Source of the DNA: a virus
IMG/VR virus record: IMGVR_UViG_3300050821_024094
Span: 10,778-74,777 of that record
Reading direction: 5' to 3' (one strand)
DNA: 64,000 bases
The translations under genes were made by a program, and so were the position numbers. The notes below the pieces were generated by a model. It was not told where the DNA came from and made no database searches. It saw only the letters and a list, made by a program, of their open reading frames with translations. Shown here in pieces: positions 28,540 to 38,215 of the stretch (its first letter is position 1; the number at the start of each line of letters is the position of its first letter).

Positions 28540-29085
28540 TTACTCGGTCTTCGCGTCGATCACCGGACCGAGCGAGCCGAGCAGTTCCGTCGTCTTCTCC
28601 ATGCCGAGCCTCACCACGGTGTCGAGAAACTCGACCTGCTTGTCCAAAGGCATGGCGGCGAGGTTCAAGGTCGCGAGCGGATGCGGCACCGCCTGCACCT
28701 TGACCGGACCGTCATTGGGCCCGGTGATCTGGTGCGACTCGATGTAGCCGCGATCGCGCGCCTGGCAGCGCAGGAAGAAGCGGATGGACTCCCGATCCCC
28801 CTTCTTGACCGCCTCGAGCAGCTTGCCCTCGCCGAGGTCGATCAGCTCCTCCTTGATGTCGAGCATCGCCTCCTTCAGCTTTGGGGATTCCTCGATCCAT
28901 CGATACAGACTCGAGCGCGCGCAACGCAGGCGTTTGGCGGCGACGGTCTTAAGACCTGCCGACGCGCGCAGCGCTTCGAGGATCAGTTGGTCGGAGGGAC
29001 GGTCATACAGGGACGGACCTGGCGCGATCACGTCATAGGCAGGTTGAGCCTTCTTGGTGCGAGGCTTCTTGGTCTTACTGGTCAT
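28540..29085 (-). CDS. Terminase small subunit-like HTH protein
   Basis: HTH (AAKRLRCARSSLYRW), FFL...RGY, ITGPNDGPV; directly upstream of terL. Confidence 0.75.
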   Translation of the reverse strand: MTSKTKKPRTKKAQPAYDVIAPGPSLYDRPSDQLILEALRASAGLKTVAAKRLRCARSSLYRWIEESPKLKEAMLDIKEELIDLGEGKLLEAVKKGDRESIRFFLRCQARDRGYIESHQITGPNDGPVKVQAVPHPLATLNLAAMPLDKQVEFLDTVVRLGMEKTTELLGSLGPVIDAKTE

Positions 29086-29156
29086 TGCGTATCTCAAACG
29101 AAAAAGGCGCGGCCCGCGAGGACCACGCCCTTTCGTGCTTTCGATCGTTGGTTGGA

Positions 29157-29603
29157 TTAGGCGGCTTCGCAGAACATCTGCGCGCCGAACTGGAAGTTCC
29201 GGCAGGTGAGGTAGTTGCGCGATCGGTCGCCGAACTTGGCATCCGACACGCTCTTGTCGATCGGGATCGCTTCGAGCCCTCGGATCACGAGCATGTCCTT
29301 CGTCCACAGATCGAGCGACGCCATCGCTCCGCGCTTCACCCGCCCCGCCAGATGGGCATTGTTCGCCCAGTTATAGGGTTGGGCGACGCCACAGAAGTAG
29401 AGGATGTTCCCCTCGGGATAGGCGAGTTCGACATCGCGATTGATCGGTGACTTGAGGCCGAAGTTCTTGTCGAACTTTCCGACCAGGCAGCGAGCGCAGT
29501 GTACGTTTTCGTTGAACCCCTCGACCGTCTTGAGCCAGAGATAGCGCCAGCCCCGCAAATGAAGGGCGTGCGAGCGAATGTGGTAGGAAACCCCGTCAGC
29601 CAT
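29157..29603 (-). CDS. Hypothetical Cys/His protein coupled to ParB-methyltransferase
   Basis: HCARC motif; overlaps upstream gene end. Confidence 0.7.
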   Translation of the reverse strand: MADGVSYHIRSHALHLRGWRYLWLKTVEGFNENVHCARCLVGKFDKNFGLKSPINRDVELAYPEGNILYFCGVAQPYNWANNAHLAGRVKRGAMASLDLWTKDMLVIRGLEAIPIDKSVSDAKFGDRSRNYLTCRNFQFGAQMFCEAA

Positions 29604-30978
29604 AGATTGCCCTTACTGCCGCCTTGACGTCTTCCCCCCGGCCTAGTCGGCGGTCGTCACTGACCGGAAGATCGAACTCGTAGTCGCAGGCGGCGAGCAT
29701 GTCATCGAGCGGAAGGTCTCGCTCCTTGACCGCTTCAATCTGCCATGACGTGCCCGTGTGCGAATGCACCAGCGCGCGAAACCCGAAGCGCGGAGCAATC
29801 GCCGCCGCCTCGGGCTTGGTGTGGAACTTCTGATAGAACCAGCGCCCGTCACGGTAGAGCGCGGTGAAGCCGTCCTTGTCCGGGAACTCGACGTAGCGCC
29901 GGCTGTTCTGAATTTTCGTGGTGTTGTTCATGTGCTCGATCGCTTCGACCGGGCGACCTGAAAAGAACACGCGACCACCCTTGGCAGCGAGCATGTTCAA
30001 CACAGTCATCACGGCGGTTTCAGCTTGTCGGCAATCGACCGAGTTCAGGACGCTGTCGCAGACAACATGATCGTATGGACCGTTATCGTATAGCGAGCGC
30101 GTCATCGCAGTGACCATAGTATTGACTTCCCGCATGTCAATACTTTGAGACGCGCCGACCCTACGAAAAAGCTCGATGTCGAAAAAATCAAGTCCTCGTT
30201 TGCGCATCGCATTCGCGTAGTCTCCCTGGCCGGAGCCGAAGTCGATAAAGCGAGCGGTCTTATTCTTCATCGCGAACGGGATGACATGCTGCTCGTAGAG
30301 GGTCGACTTGCCGCCTCGCGTTTGCCCGCGCAGCCGCTTCATCTGCGCGAGCGTCTGAATGAAGGTGTCCTTCTTCAAGTGCGTGTAGGAGAAGACGCCA
30401 TACTGGCGATCGAGGAAGGCGCGGTACTTGCCCTCGTCCGCGTCCGCGATGACGAAGGTCGTGAGCTTCGTGCGCGTGAGACCGGCCGCGAGCGCGTACT
30501 GAGCGGCGTGAATGACCCGACCTGACTTCGTCGCAACGACACCGCCCCAAGGTCCATACTTCACGATCAGATCGGCGATCGCGGTGCGCACGTTCGCGAG
30601 TTTGGAGCGGTAGTTCCCCGTGATCCGCGAAGGCTCGACGATTGTGAAGCCGAGTGCGTCGAATCCGCCTGTGATCCTCACCATCTCATCGCCACCGTCC
30701 ATGTCGGTGCCGTTGTGGAGTTGGTTGAAGCGGACCTCGTCGTAGGTGGTGGTGTCGCGCGGGAGCACGTAGACCGGTGCGGTCGTGTAGCCGAGGCTGC
30801 GCAGCGCCTTCGTGCGTTGATGGCCCGCGACCAGGAGTGTGCCGCGCACGATCAGCGGTTTGACAAGGCCGAGGTCGCGGATGCTCTCCGCGAGCTTGGT
30901 CAGATCATCCTCGTTGATGTGGCGCGGATTGTACTCGGCACCCCGGAGGCGGGTGATGTCGTAATTCAGGTCAAGCAT
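29596..30978 (-). CDS. ParB/Srx N-terminal domain fused to class I SAM methyltransferase
   Basis: YNPR...SI..G.VKPL...AGHQR; FIDFGSGQG; YDHVVCDSVLNSV. Confidence 0.85.
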   Translation of the reverse strand: MLDLNYDITRLRGAEYNPRHINEDDLTKLAESIRDLGLVKPLIVRGTLLVAGHQRTKALRSLGYTTAPVYVLPRDTTTYDEVRFNQLHNGTDMDGGDEMVRITGGFDALGFTIVEPSRITGNYRSKLANVRTAIADLIVKYGPWGGVVATKSGRVIHAAQYALAAGLTRTKLTTFVIADADEGKYRAFLDRQYGVFSYTHLKKDTFIQTLAQMKRLRGQTRGGKSTLYEQHVIPFAMKNKTARFIDFGSGQGDYANAMRKRGLDFFDIELFRRVGASQSIDMREVNTMVTAMTRSLYDNGPYDHVVCDSVLNSVDCRQAETAVMTVLNMLAAKGGRVFFSGRPVEAIEHMNNTTKIQNSRRYVEFPDKDGFTALYRDGRWFYQKFHTKPEAAAIAPRFGFRALVHSHTGTSWQIEAVKERDLPLDDMLAACDYEFDLPVSDDRRLGRGEDVKAAVRAIYG

Positions 30979-31615
30979 TCTTGCGCCCTTCGATCAGATA
31001 CGAAGCAAAGCCGTAGTCCGCGCCCATCTCCTCGACGTACTTGTCTTTGAGCGCGGTCAGCGCCACGACCTCCTCGTCCGTCATCGAGACCTTGACGTCG
31101 CCGAAGCGAAGGAAGTTGCGCGAGGAACCGCGGGACTCATCGCCATCGACGCCGAAGTTCACGAGGTCGTCGGGGTCCAGAAGCTTCGAGAGCTCGGAGC
31201 TTGAGAAGCCGAGAAGGCTGGTGTCGAAGTTGAGCTCGGCGAGGCCAGCGACCTCGACCTTGAGCATGTCCATGTCCCAGCCCGCGTTCTCCGGGAGCTT
31301 GTTGTCCGCGATGACGTAGGCGCGGCGCTGCGCCTCGCTCCAGCCATGCGCGACGATGCACGGGACCTTGTCGATGCCGAGCTGTTGGGCCGCCATGATC
31401 CGACCGTGACCGGCGATGATGCCGTTGTCGGGATCAATGAGCACCGGAATGGTCCAGCCGAACTCCCGGATCGAAGCCGCGATCTGCCCGACCTGCGCCG
31501 GCGAATGCGTGCGCGAGTTGCGCGCATAGGGGATCAAATCCGCCGTCGCGCGGGTGACGATCTCGGATGCCGGCCACCTCTTGGTGTCATCCGCCTTGCG
31601 TGCCTGTTTGGTCAT
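30971..31615 (-). CDS. ParB/Srx N-terminal domain protein
   Basis: LIPYARNSRTHS..Q..IAASIREFGW..P...IIAGHGR...ADNKL. Confidence 0.9.
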   Translation of the reverse strand: MTKQARKADDTKRWPASEIVTRATADLIPYARNSRTHSPAQVGQIAASIREFGWTIPVLIDPDNGIIAGHGRIMAAQQLGIDKVPCIVAHGWSEAQRRAYVIADNKLPENAGWDMDMLKVEVAGLAELNFDTSLLGFSSSELSKLLDPDDLVNFGVDGDESRGSSRNFLRFGDVKVSMTDEEVVALTALKDKYVEEMGADYGFASYLIEGRKNA

Positions 31616-31681
31616 CTGCCAAAGTTATCCTCGGTTGTCGCTTAAAAAATCTCACTCGATTGTTGCATCCGGTCGGGACCG

Positions 31682-31699
31682 TGGTACTTATATGGACCA
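31682..31699 (+). promoter_or_regulatory. Palindromic operator 1 overlapping promoter of parB-like gene
   Basis: TGGTAC-TTATAT-GGACCA; TTGCAT 19 bp upstream. Confidence 0.65.
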
Positions 31700-31731
31700 A
31701 CGAAAACACCTACCACACGGAGACGACGACG

Positions 31732-32673
31732 ATGACCACGGCCACCGAAACCAAGACGACTGTTGCCCGCAAGACGAAGTTCATTGCCCTCGCGAACGTC
31801 ATCGCGAACCCGAACCAGCCGCGCAAAGATTTCGACGACGCGCATATCCGGGAGCTGGCGAGCTCCATCGCCAAGCACGGACTGATCCAGCCAATATCGG
31901 TGCGCCCGATCGAGAAGGCCGTCGGCAAGACGACGACCTACATGATCATCGCCGGCGAATGCCGCTACCGCGCCCACAAGCTGCTGGCCGAGGAAGGCAA
32001 GCTCGATGCTCCGGTCGTCGAGGCCATCGTTTCAACCGACGTTGACGACACTCAGATGCAGGTGCTCGCCATCATCGAGAACGCCAAGCGCAAGGACGTC
32101 AATCCGATGGAGGAGGCCGACGCCTTCCAATTCCTCCTCGACACCGGCATGACGATCGCCCAGGTCCAGCGCGAGCTGGGCTTCGGCTCCCGAGGCCGGG
32201 TGACCGATCGCCTCAACCTGCTCAAGCTGGAGGACAACGCCAAGACACTGGTGCGCTCCGGTCAGCTCTCCGCCTGCTTCGCCGCAGAGATCGCCACCCT
32301 CCCCGCTCACATGCACACGCGGATGATCCGCAAGGTGTCGACGGGCGAGTTCAAGAGCATCGATCAGATACGCGCCGCCTGCTCGGCCATCCGCGAGGCG
32401 AACGAGCAAGGCAGCATGCTCGGTGGAGCGCCGGCAGCGACCGACGGCGAGATGCGCACGCTCCGCAGCATGGAAGCGCGGATCGACGATGTGCTCAAAA
32501 TGGTCAACGCAGGTTTCAAGGACGGCGAATGCCAGATCGCCAAGAAGGCTGATCCAAACCGCACGACTGCAATGGCCGACAAGCTGGCTGCCGTGCGATC
32601 CGCCATCACGGTGATGGAGTTCCAGCTCCGCAAGGCATCGGCAGTCGCCGACCTGCTCGAAACCGCCGCCTGA
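31732..32673 (+). CDS. ParB/RepB/Spo0J family protein
   Basis: NPNQPRK.F...LA.SI..GLIQPI.VR...IIAGECRYRA; ENAKRKD.NPMEEA; HTH. Confidence 0.92.
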   Translation: MTTATETKTTVARKTKFIALANVIANPNQPRKDFDDAHIRELASSIAKHGLIQPISVRPIEKAVGKTTTYMIIAGECRYRAHKLLAEEGKLDAPVVEAIVSTDVDDTQMQVLAIIENAKRKDVNPMEEADAFQFLLDTGMTIAQVQRELGFGSRGRVTDRLNLLKLEDNAKTLVRSGQLSACFAAEIATLPAHMHTRMIRKVSTGEFKSIDQIRAACSAIREANEQGSMLGGAPAATDGEMRTLRSMEARIDDVLKMVNAGFKDGECQIAKKADPNRTTAMADKLAAVRSAITVMEFQLRKASAVADLLETAA

Positions 32674-32700
32674 GCGACGGCGAACATATCCTGCAAGTTG

Positions 32701-32726
32701 AGGGCACCTTCCGCGGTGCCCTTTTT
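32701..32726 (+). terminator. Intrinsic terminator
   Basis: AGGGCACC-TTCCGC-GGTGCCCT followed by T run. Confidence 0.75.
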
Positions 32727-32969
32727 GCCGGGGTTTTCACCCACTCCGGGTTGAAACCGGCCACTTCGGACCCGACGATCCGACCGAAGCCTCGCGTGCG
32801 CGTGCGCGTGAGTGTCCGAAATGCACGACGCCAAACCGCTTCATGCCAATCCCTCCCGATCCCTCAGTGCATGATCGATCGAACGTTTCCGTTCTGTCGC
32901 ACGGATGACCGCGCGATGCTACCACCGCTCACCACCGCGCTCGCGATAGCGTGCTCGGTGGAGGATATA

Positions 32970-33176
32970 ATGACGAATCACGATCTCTTCCTGATCTGCG
33001 ATTGTGTTGCCGAAGCGCAGGCTATCCTGCACGATCATTTGGAATGCGGAAACCATTCGGCCGCTGAAGTGTTGGCAAGATTGCAGCGCGTGTTGTCCGA
33101 GGAAGCGCTACTCCGATCACTGTACGACGTTGGATATTTTCCGGCGACTACGCCGCCTGTGTCGCGATCACATTGA
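32970..33176 (+). CDS. Small hypothetical protein
   Basis: GGAGG SD before MTNHDL. Confidence 0.55.
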   Translation: MTNHDLFLICDCVAEAQAILHDHLECGNHSAAEVLARLQRVLSEEALLRSLYDVGYFPATTPPVSRSH

Positions 33177-33371
33177 TCTGGACTCGTGTGGTGAACCCGT
33201 ATCGTCGTCGCGTTCGCTGGTCGGTGCATCAGCGCCAGCCGCCCGTTGTGCGAGATGTTCGTAGCATACTGAGATTTCCAGCAATTGTCGGCGGCACCAG
33301 TCGTCGCGCGTCTCAGCGGCCTGCCTTAGCGCCTCGATGGCACGGTCTCGCCAGTATTGCGCATTCCGCAT
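33168..33371 (-). CDS. Small hypothetical protein (Rhizobiales type)
   Basis: YWR.RA.EA...A......LL.I...YE.LA pattern. Confidence 0.6.
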   Translation of the reverse strand: MRNAQYWRDRAIEALRQAAETRDDWCRRQLLEISVCYEHLAQRAAGADAPTSERDDDTGSPHESRSM

Positions 33372-33494
33372 CGGGTGCCCCCAAATCAGCGCAACGCCGT
33401 CAGCCCCGCCCGGTTCCTTACTCGTTAAAATTAACAATAAAGTGTGTTGCTGACATGCCACGCCACGTTTCCAATTTCCGATATCGTCATTTCG

Positions 33495-34109
33495 ATGATC
33501 AAGTCGCGCCTCGTACGCCCTGCGGGCTTCATCGAACCTTGCATTCCGGTCCTTGCTGACAAGCCGCCGACCGGTGAGCAATGGGTGCATGAAATCAAAT
33601 ACGACGGCTACCGCCTACAGGTGCATCGCAACGGCGAGCGCGTGCGCATCTTCACACGGCGCGGATTTGACTGGACGGATCGTTTTCCCGTCATCGCGTC
33701 GACGGCGCTGACGCTCAAGGCGAAAGCCTTCATCCTGGACGGTGAGGGTGTGGTCACAGACGCTGCAGGTGTGACGCAATTCGATCAGCTTCACGGCCAT
33801 CGGCGCTACACGAGCGCGTTTTTGCAGGCGTTCGATCTTCTGTCGATCGAGGGCGATGATTTGCGCCGTCTTCCGCTGTTCGATCGCAAGGTGCTGCTGG
33901 ACGGGCTGCTTATGGGTTCATATTCGGGCATCGTCAACGATGGGCACGTGAAGGCACTCGGCGCGGTCGTGCTGGCCAAAGCGTGCCAACTCGGTCTGGA
34001 AGGCATCGTGTCGAAAAAGATCGACGCGCCGTATCGCAGCGGCAAAAGCGGCGATTGGATCAAGGTTCGCAATCCCGAGGGACATGCAGCGAAACGGTTT
34101 GAGCGGTGA
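33495..34109 (+). CDS. ATP-dependent DNA ligase, adenylation domain only (LigD/LigC-like)
   Basis: EIKYDGYR, LDGE, AFDLL, EGIVSK, YRSG..DWIKV; no OB domain. Confidence 0.88.
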   Translation: MIKSRLVRPAGFIEPCIPVLADKPPTGEQWVHEIKYDGYRLQVHRNGERVRIFTRRGFDWTDRFPVIASTALTLKAKAFILDGEGVVTDAAGVTQFDQLHGHRRYTSAFLQAFDLLSIEGDDLRRLPLFDRKVLLDGLLMGSYSGIVNDGHVKALGAVVLAKACQLGLEGIVSKKIDAPYRSGKSGDWIKVRNPEGHAAKRFER

Positions 34110-34370
34110 AATAACAGGCCGCGCGTGTCCGGCTGTCCAGGCGGTCACGCACGGCCTGCTTATTTCTGCGATCAAAACGCGGTACATAGCCCCGATCGCA
34201 AAGCTGTAACCGCGCCGATACAATCCGGTTCCGGTGATATCAGATATTGTCCACAAGCTTGTGTCGGCCATCGGAGACGGTGCGGGACGCGCTCGGGCGA
34301 TTGGATCAAGGTTCGAACTCCGGACAGCCCAGCGGCCAAACGCTTCCAGCGCGGCAATGAGGGCATCCAC

Positions 34371-34736
34371 CTAGACGTTGATGGAAATCTGGCCACCGGG
34401 CGGACTATTCGCCGGTTCGACGACGCGATCAGCGCGGGCAAGTCGGCGTAGCATGATGCGCTCGCCTCCGAACCCGGCCGCGAACGTGTTCGCATGCGCC
34501 GGCTCCGCGAAACAGAACAGTGTAAAGTCACCGATGTCACGATGGTCGCTTTTGGTGTGATAGGGCATCGCCTGCTTCCCGCAGAAAGCGTGCATGCTCA
34601 TCAGGCGCTGGCCGAGGCCGCCGAGCGGAATCGCTATGGCGACTTGGAAAGGATAGTCGCGGTCGATCCGATGTTTTGTGGTCCTGCGTCGGGACGTGCC
34701 GTGAAGGCTCTCTAATCTCGGTCGCAATCCGGGCAT
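34371..34736 (-). CDS. Hypothetical protein
   Basis: IDRDYPFQVA...FCF.....A..F...FGGE pattern. Confidence 0.55.
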   Translation of the reverse strand: MPGLRPRLESLHGTSRRRTTKHRIDRDYPFQVAIAIPLGGLGQRLMSMHAFCGKQAMPYHTKSDHRDIGDFTLFCFAEPAHANTFAAGFGGERIMLRRLARADRVVEPANSPPGGQISINV

Positions 34737-34930
34737 TGAAATGTCCTCATCTTCGGCCCTTGGAAGCAACGGTACGCGCCTCCGGCAATAAAAACTGGTC
34801 ACAATCGCTCACTCTGGCCGCCAACGCCGCCGCCTGCAGACACGGATTGAAGCCATCATCAGAAAGTTCTTGGAGGGACCGCGATAGCAATGCGCTTGAC
34901 CGCTCGATGGTCGCGCGCTGACATCTATCG

Positions 34931-35140
34931 ATGAGCCAAACCCTGACGCTGCGCGATTGGCCGGACGAATGGGTCACGCTCGCCTGCCACGATTGCGACC
35001 GCAAAGGCCGGTACCGCAAGGAGACGTTGATCGAACAATTCGGCGCGGATGCCGAGTTGCCGGAATTGCGGCACCAAATCGCGCAGTGCCCGCTCGGCAT
35101 GCGCAGCCAAGCCCGTGTGGTGTCTATTACCCGGATTTGA
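34931..35140 (+). CDS. Small Zn-ribbon protein
   Basis: CHDCDRKGRY....LIEQFG.D..LP. Confidence 0.6.
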   Translation: MSQTLTLRDWPDEWVTLACHDCDRKGRYRKETLIEQFGADAELPELRHQIAQCPLGMRSQARVVSITRI

Positions 35141-35303
35141 TGGGTCGTGGCGGATAACAATCATCAGCGAGGTGCGCCAAGCTTCTCGCTAGACGCAGCC
35201 ACGCGACGGCGTCAACCAGATACTCAGATTTGTGCTCCGGCTCGGCTTCAGCGAGCGCGGTGAGTTCGCGTGCCCGAATTTGGCAATGCGCTATCGTCGG
35301 CAT
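35127..35303 (-). CDS. Small hypothetical protein
   Basis: GGAGG SD; C..RA.E...A......AWL.LA pattern. Confidence 0.5.
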   Translation of the reverse strand: MPTIAHCQIRARELTALAEAEPEHKSEYLVDAVAWLRLARSLAHLADDCYPPRPIKSG

Positions 35304-35587
35304 ATGCGCCTCCTGTGGAGGCAAAATCGTGCCAGACTACGAGTGCCGGTGTCTGTTCAAACTTGATCACCGTGGCAGGTAGCCGCGCTAGGCGGTGGCG
35401 GAACGAGCGCGTATCTTACGCCCATGAGCGAGAACGCTGGCAAGTCTTCGTTCTGGGCCACGAGGCAGAGCGTCTTGGCGTGGTGATAACTCCGGATCGC
35501 GAATCTGCAATCAAGGCCGCGATGAAGGAGTTTGAGATCACTGACAGGCACGGGCAGAGACTCTTTGTTCGACAAATGGATGACTAG
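35270..35587 (+). CDS. Small hypothetical protein (start uncertain)
   Basis: C-terminal LG.V..PD.ESAI.AA.KEF.I...RL pattern. Confidence 0.45.
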   Translation: MPEFGNALSSAYAPPVEAKSCQTTSAGVCSNLITVAGSRARRWRNERVSYAHERERWQVFVLGHEAERLGVVITPDRESAIKAAMKEFEITDRHGQRLFVRQMDD

Positions 35588-35593
35588 CCGCCC

Positions 35594-35854
35594 TTACCGC
35601 TTGGCCTTCGCCGCTGGCCTGCCGGCAAGCCAGTCTTCGTTGTCAGCCATGTCATTCAGAGCCTTGCCGCGCTTGCGATGTCGGCGGCTTTCCTTGAGGG
35701 ATTTGGACTCGCCGGCTGCTTGTTTTGCGGCGTTGGCTTGCGCGCGGAAATCATCCGCGCTGGTTGGTAATTTGTTTTCCGGGGATTGCCTCGTTAACGA
35801 GCCGCGATCAGGCACTCGGCCGCGCAACGGCGATAGCGTTTCTGACTCCGACAT
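35594..35854 (-). CDS. Small hypothetical protein
   Basis: AL..MADNE.WL.G C-terminus. Confidence 0.45.
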   Translation of the reverse strand: MSESETLSPLRGRVPDRGSLTRQSPENKLPTSADDFRAQANAAKQAAGESKSLKESRRHRKRGKALNDMADNEDWLAGRPAAKAKR

Positions 35855-36032
35855 GACACTAGACGCCTTCCCAAGCCCGACTTGTTTCGGGCACTAGCCA
35901 GTTTTGTATGGAATGATTGGGCGGAGGCTGCGCTCGTTATCCATTCGAGTCTGGTCGAAAGAGCACACTTCCGCTGAAGCGACCGCACGTCGCTAATACG
36001 TCGGCATGGCCGCAAGACGTGGATCGTGATCG

Positions 36033-36251
36033 CTAGCGTGTGGGCGCCGCGACACATTTCGCGAGTTCCATCAAGTCTTCCGGTTCGGCTTGCGCCTCGG
36101 TCAGCAGATCGAGGCTGATGCCTTCGCCGATCATGACGGCCTCGACCAATTCCGGTTGACGGTGCCATCGGTGGAACGCAGCGAGCGCTGCCGCGTAGCC
36201 ATTGAGGTATTCAGCAGTTTCAATGTGACGCATGAAGCCGATCCGCGCCAT
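36033..36251 (-). CDS. Small hypothetical protein
   Basis: Downstream of SRAP gene on the same strand. Confidence 0.5.
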   Translation of the reverse strand: MARIGFMRHIETAEYLNGYAAALAAFHRWHRQPELVEAVMIGEGISLDLLTEAQAEPEDLMELAKCVAAPTR

Positions 36252-36287
36252 GCGATTTTCCCCCGTTCCAATCCCTAAATACCGGGA

Positions 36288-36998
36288 TCAATCCGCCTCT
36301 AAAATATCCCCCAGGGCAATCTTATCGATCAAAGTCGCGTCGTCATCGCTCGTGCGTGAACTATTCACACGTTTTGACACCGGCCACTTCTGCAACACGT
36401 CTTCGCCGGCCGGCTTCATCAGCGCGACGGCGTCGTTCGCGTCACCGTGTTCCCATTGCTCAAAGTCTTTGGCTTCGAGGATCACGGGCATGCGATCGTG
36501 GACTTCCGCAACGAACTTGTTCGGCACGGTGATGACCATCGTCGTCGACAACAGGTCGCTGCCGGCGTCCTTGTCTTTCCACTTCGACCACAAACCCGCG
36601 AACGTGATCGGATGCCCATCGCGCCGGGTGAAGTACCAAGGCTGCGGCTGCTTTACTCCGGTGGTGTGTTGCCATTCGTAATAGCCACTTGCCAGCATCA
36701 GGCAGCGACGATGCTTGAAGGAGTCTTTGAACATCGGCTTCGTCGCAACCGTTTCTGCGCGCGCGTTGAACGTCGCCATCTTCATTTCTTTGAGCGTCTT
36801 GTCCCACCAATACGGGATCAGCCCCCAGCGCATTGGGACAAGAGAGCGCTTGCCGTCAGTTGAGATCACGACGTCAACGGGCGTCGTCGGACAAATGTTG
36901 TAACGGGGCTGCGTATTGCGCGCCGGTGCGTCGAGGGTCAGCCGATACAGCCGGACAATCTCTTCCCAGGTCAGCTTGTAGGTGTACCGCCCACACAT
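36288..36998 (-). CDS. SOS response-associated peptidase (SRAP/YedK)
   Basis: MCGRY, RYNI.PT, MRWGLIP, FNARAET, YYEW, HDRMP. Confidence 0.96.
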   Translation of the reverse strand: MCGRYTYKLTWEEIVRLYRLTLDAPARNTQPRYNICPTTPVDVVISTDGKRSLVPMRWGLIPYWWDKTLKEMKMATFNARAETVATKPMFKDSFKHRRCLMLASGYYEWQHTTGVKQPQPWYFTRRDGHPITFAGLWSKWKDKDAGSDLLSTTMVITVPNKFVAEVHDRMPVILEAKDFEQWEHGDANDAVALMKPAGEDVLQKWPVSKRVNSSRTSDDDATLIDKIALGDILEAD

Positions 36999-37174
36999 GG
37001 CCCCTCCGCAACTCGGGTCAGTTGAAGCGGAAGGCTAGACGAGAAGAGACCGCGCAACAACGCGCGCAACAACGATTGTGAAGCCCCTTTTTGCTCTCGG
37101 GACCGAGCGAAGCAGTCGAACCATCTGAAATATCGAGACTATTTCGCACGGACCTGTTGACGCCAACACCGGCA

Positions 37175-37192
37175 TGGTACATATACGTACCA
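37175..37192 (+). promoter_or_regulatory. Palindromic operator 2
   Basis: TGGTAC-ATATAC-GTACCA; TTGACG 18 bp upstream. Confidence 0.7.
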
Positions 37193-37260
37193 CGCAGCGA
37201 CAATGACTCTGACGACCAAAAAAAACGACTTCCCTACCACCCACCGCAACGGAGACGACA

Positions 37261-37443
37261 ATGAAGCCCATCACGGTGCGCCTCGCGCACAACCTTCTCC
37301 ATGGCTGCCTGATACTCGACGGCATCCGAATCCGCCGGCTGGCGGAGTTGCTCACGCTCAGCTTGACCGAGCGCAAAGCACTTATCGCCTACCTCGGTCT
37401 CGATGGGATCGAGCGCATCGCTGACACCTTCGAGCTGGCTTGA
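37261..37443 (+). CDS. Hypothetical protein
   Basis: GGAG SD plus CCCTACCAC motif. Confidence 0.6.
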   Translation: MKPITVRLAHNLLHGCLILDGIRIRRLAELLTLSLTERKALIAYLGLDGIERIADTFELA

Positions 37444-37454
37444 GGGAGGCGACG

Positions 37455-37793
37455 ATGAGCGAGCAACAAGAGCCCACGTCATTCACCGTCGCGGTCTATC
37501 TGGTCGACCAAGTCTACGGCGGCCCAGAAGAAGGCGGCTGGTGGTTCCAAGCTGGAACGATCGTCGATCCGGCGTCACTCGACATCCCCTTCGAGATGGC
37601 AGCGCCGCGCGTGTTCAAGGACGAGGACGCGGCGACCGAACACGCCGACGCGGTCAACCTCGCACTCAAGAAGATAAACGCGGGGCGCCCGTCGCTGACC
37701 TCGGTTCTGTCCGAGGGGAGATATTGGGCGCAAGTCCATCCCGGCTTCGTGCCGCCCGACCACTTCCCCGCAGTCACCCCGCACTACGAATAG
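37455..37793 (+). CDS. Hypothetical protein
   Basis: VAVYLVD..YGGPEEGGWW motif; GGAGG SD. Confidence 0.8.
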   Translation: MSEQQEPTSFTVAVYLVDQVYGGPEEGGWWFQAGTIVDPASLDIPFEMAAPRVFKDEDAATEHADAVNLALKKINAGRPSLTSVLSEGRYWAQVHPGFVPPDHFPAVTPHYE

Positions 37794-37830
37794 CAGCCTT
37801 CCCTACCACCCGAGCAACGAGAGAAAAATC

Positions 37831-38208
37831 ATGAACATCAACATTGAAGTCCCGTCACAGCGCATCGCCGACATGATCATCGGTGCGGTCGAAGGCGGCT
37901 CCACCTATTGGGCCAGAAGCCTCGTACTCAAGTCGACGAAGATCGCCGACCGCGAGAGCCCCTGGTACGCCGACCCGCGCCTCTACGAAGACGAGACGCT
38001 GGAGCTCGAACTGATCGAGGACGAGCCGTCCGCGCCGAACCACGACGGCAAGTACACCATCAAATTCGCCGACTTCGCCAAGGGCCTCACCATCATGGCG
38101 CAGAAGCACGCCTGGCACTTCGGCAACATGATCAGCGAGAACGACGACGCGACGACCGCCGACGTGCTCCTGCAATGCATCGCGCTCGGCGAGCTGGTCT
38201 ACGGCTGA
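37831..38208 (+). CDS. Hypothetical protein
   Basis: EGG..YWA...DA..ADV.LQ....GE.VYG motif. Confidence 0.8.
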   Translation: MNINIEVPSQRIADMIIGAVEGGSTYWARSLVLKSTKIADRESPWYADPRLYEDETLELELIEDEPSAPNHDGKYTIKFADFAKGLTIMAQKHAWHFGNMISENDDATTADVLLQCIALGELVYG

Positions 38209-38215
38209 GGGCGCC

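Noticed and set aside
32916-32927. CTACCAC after an ATG near 32916 as another sRNA target
   Set aside because: Only a 7-nt match, and the better start (GGAGG SD) is at 32970.
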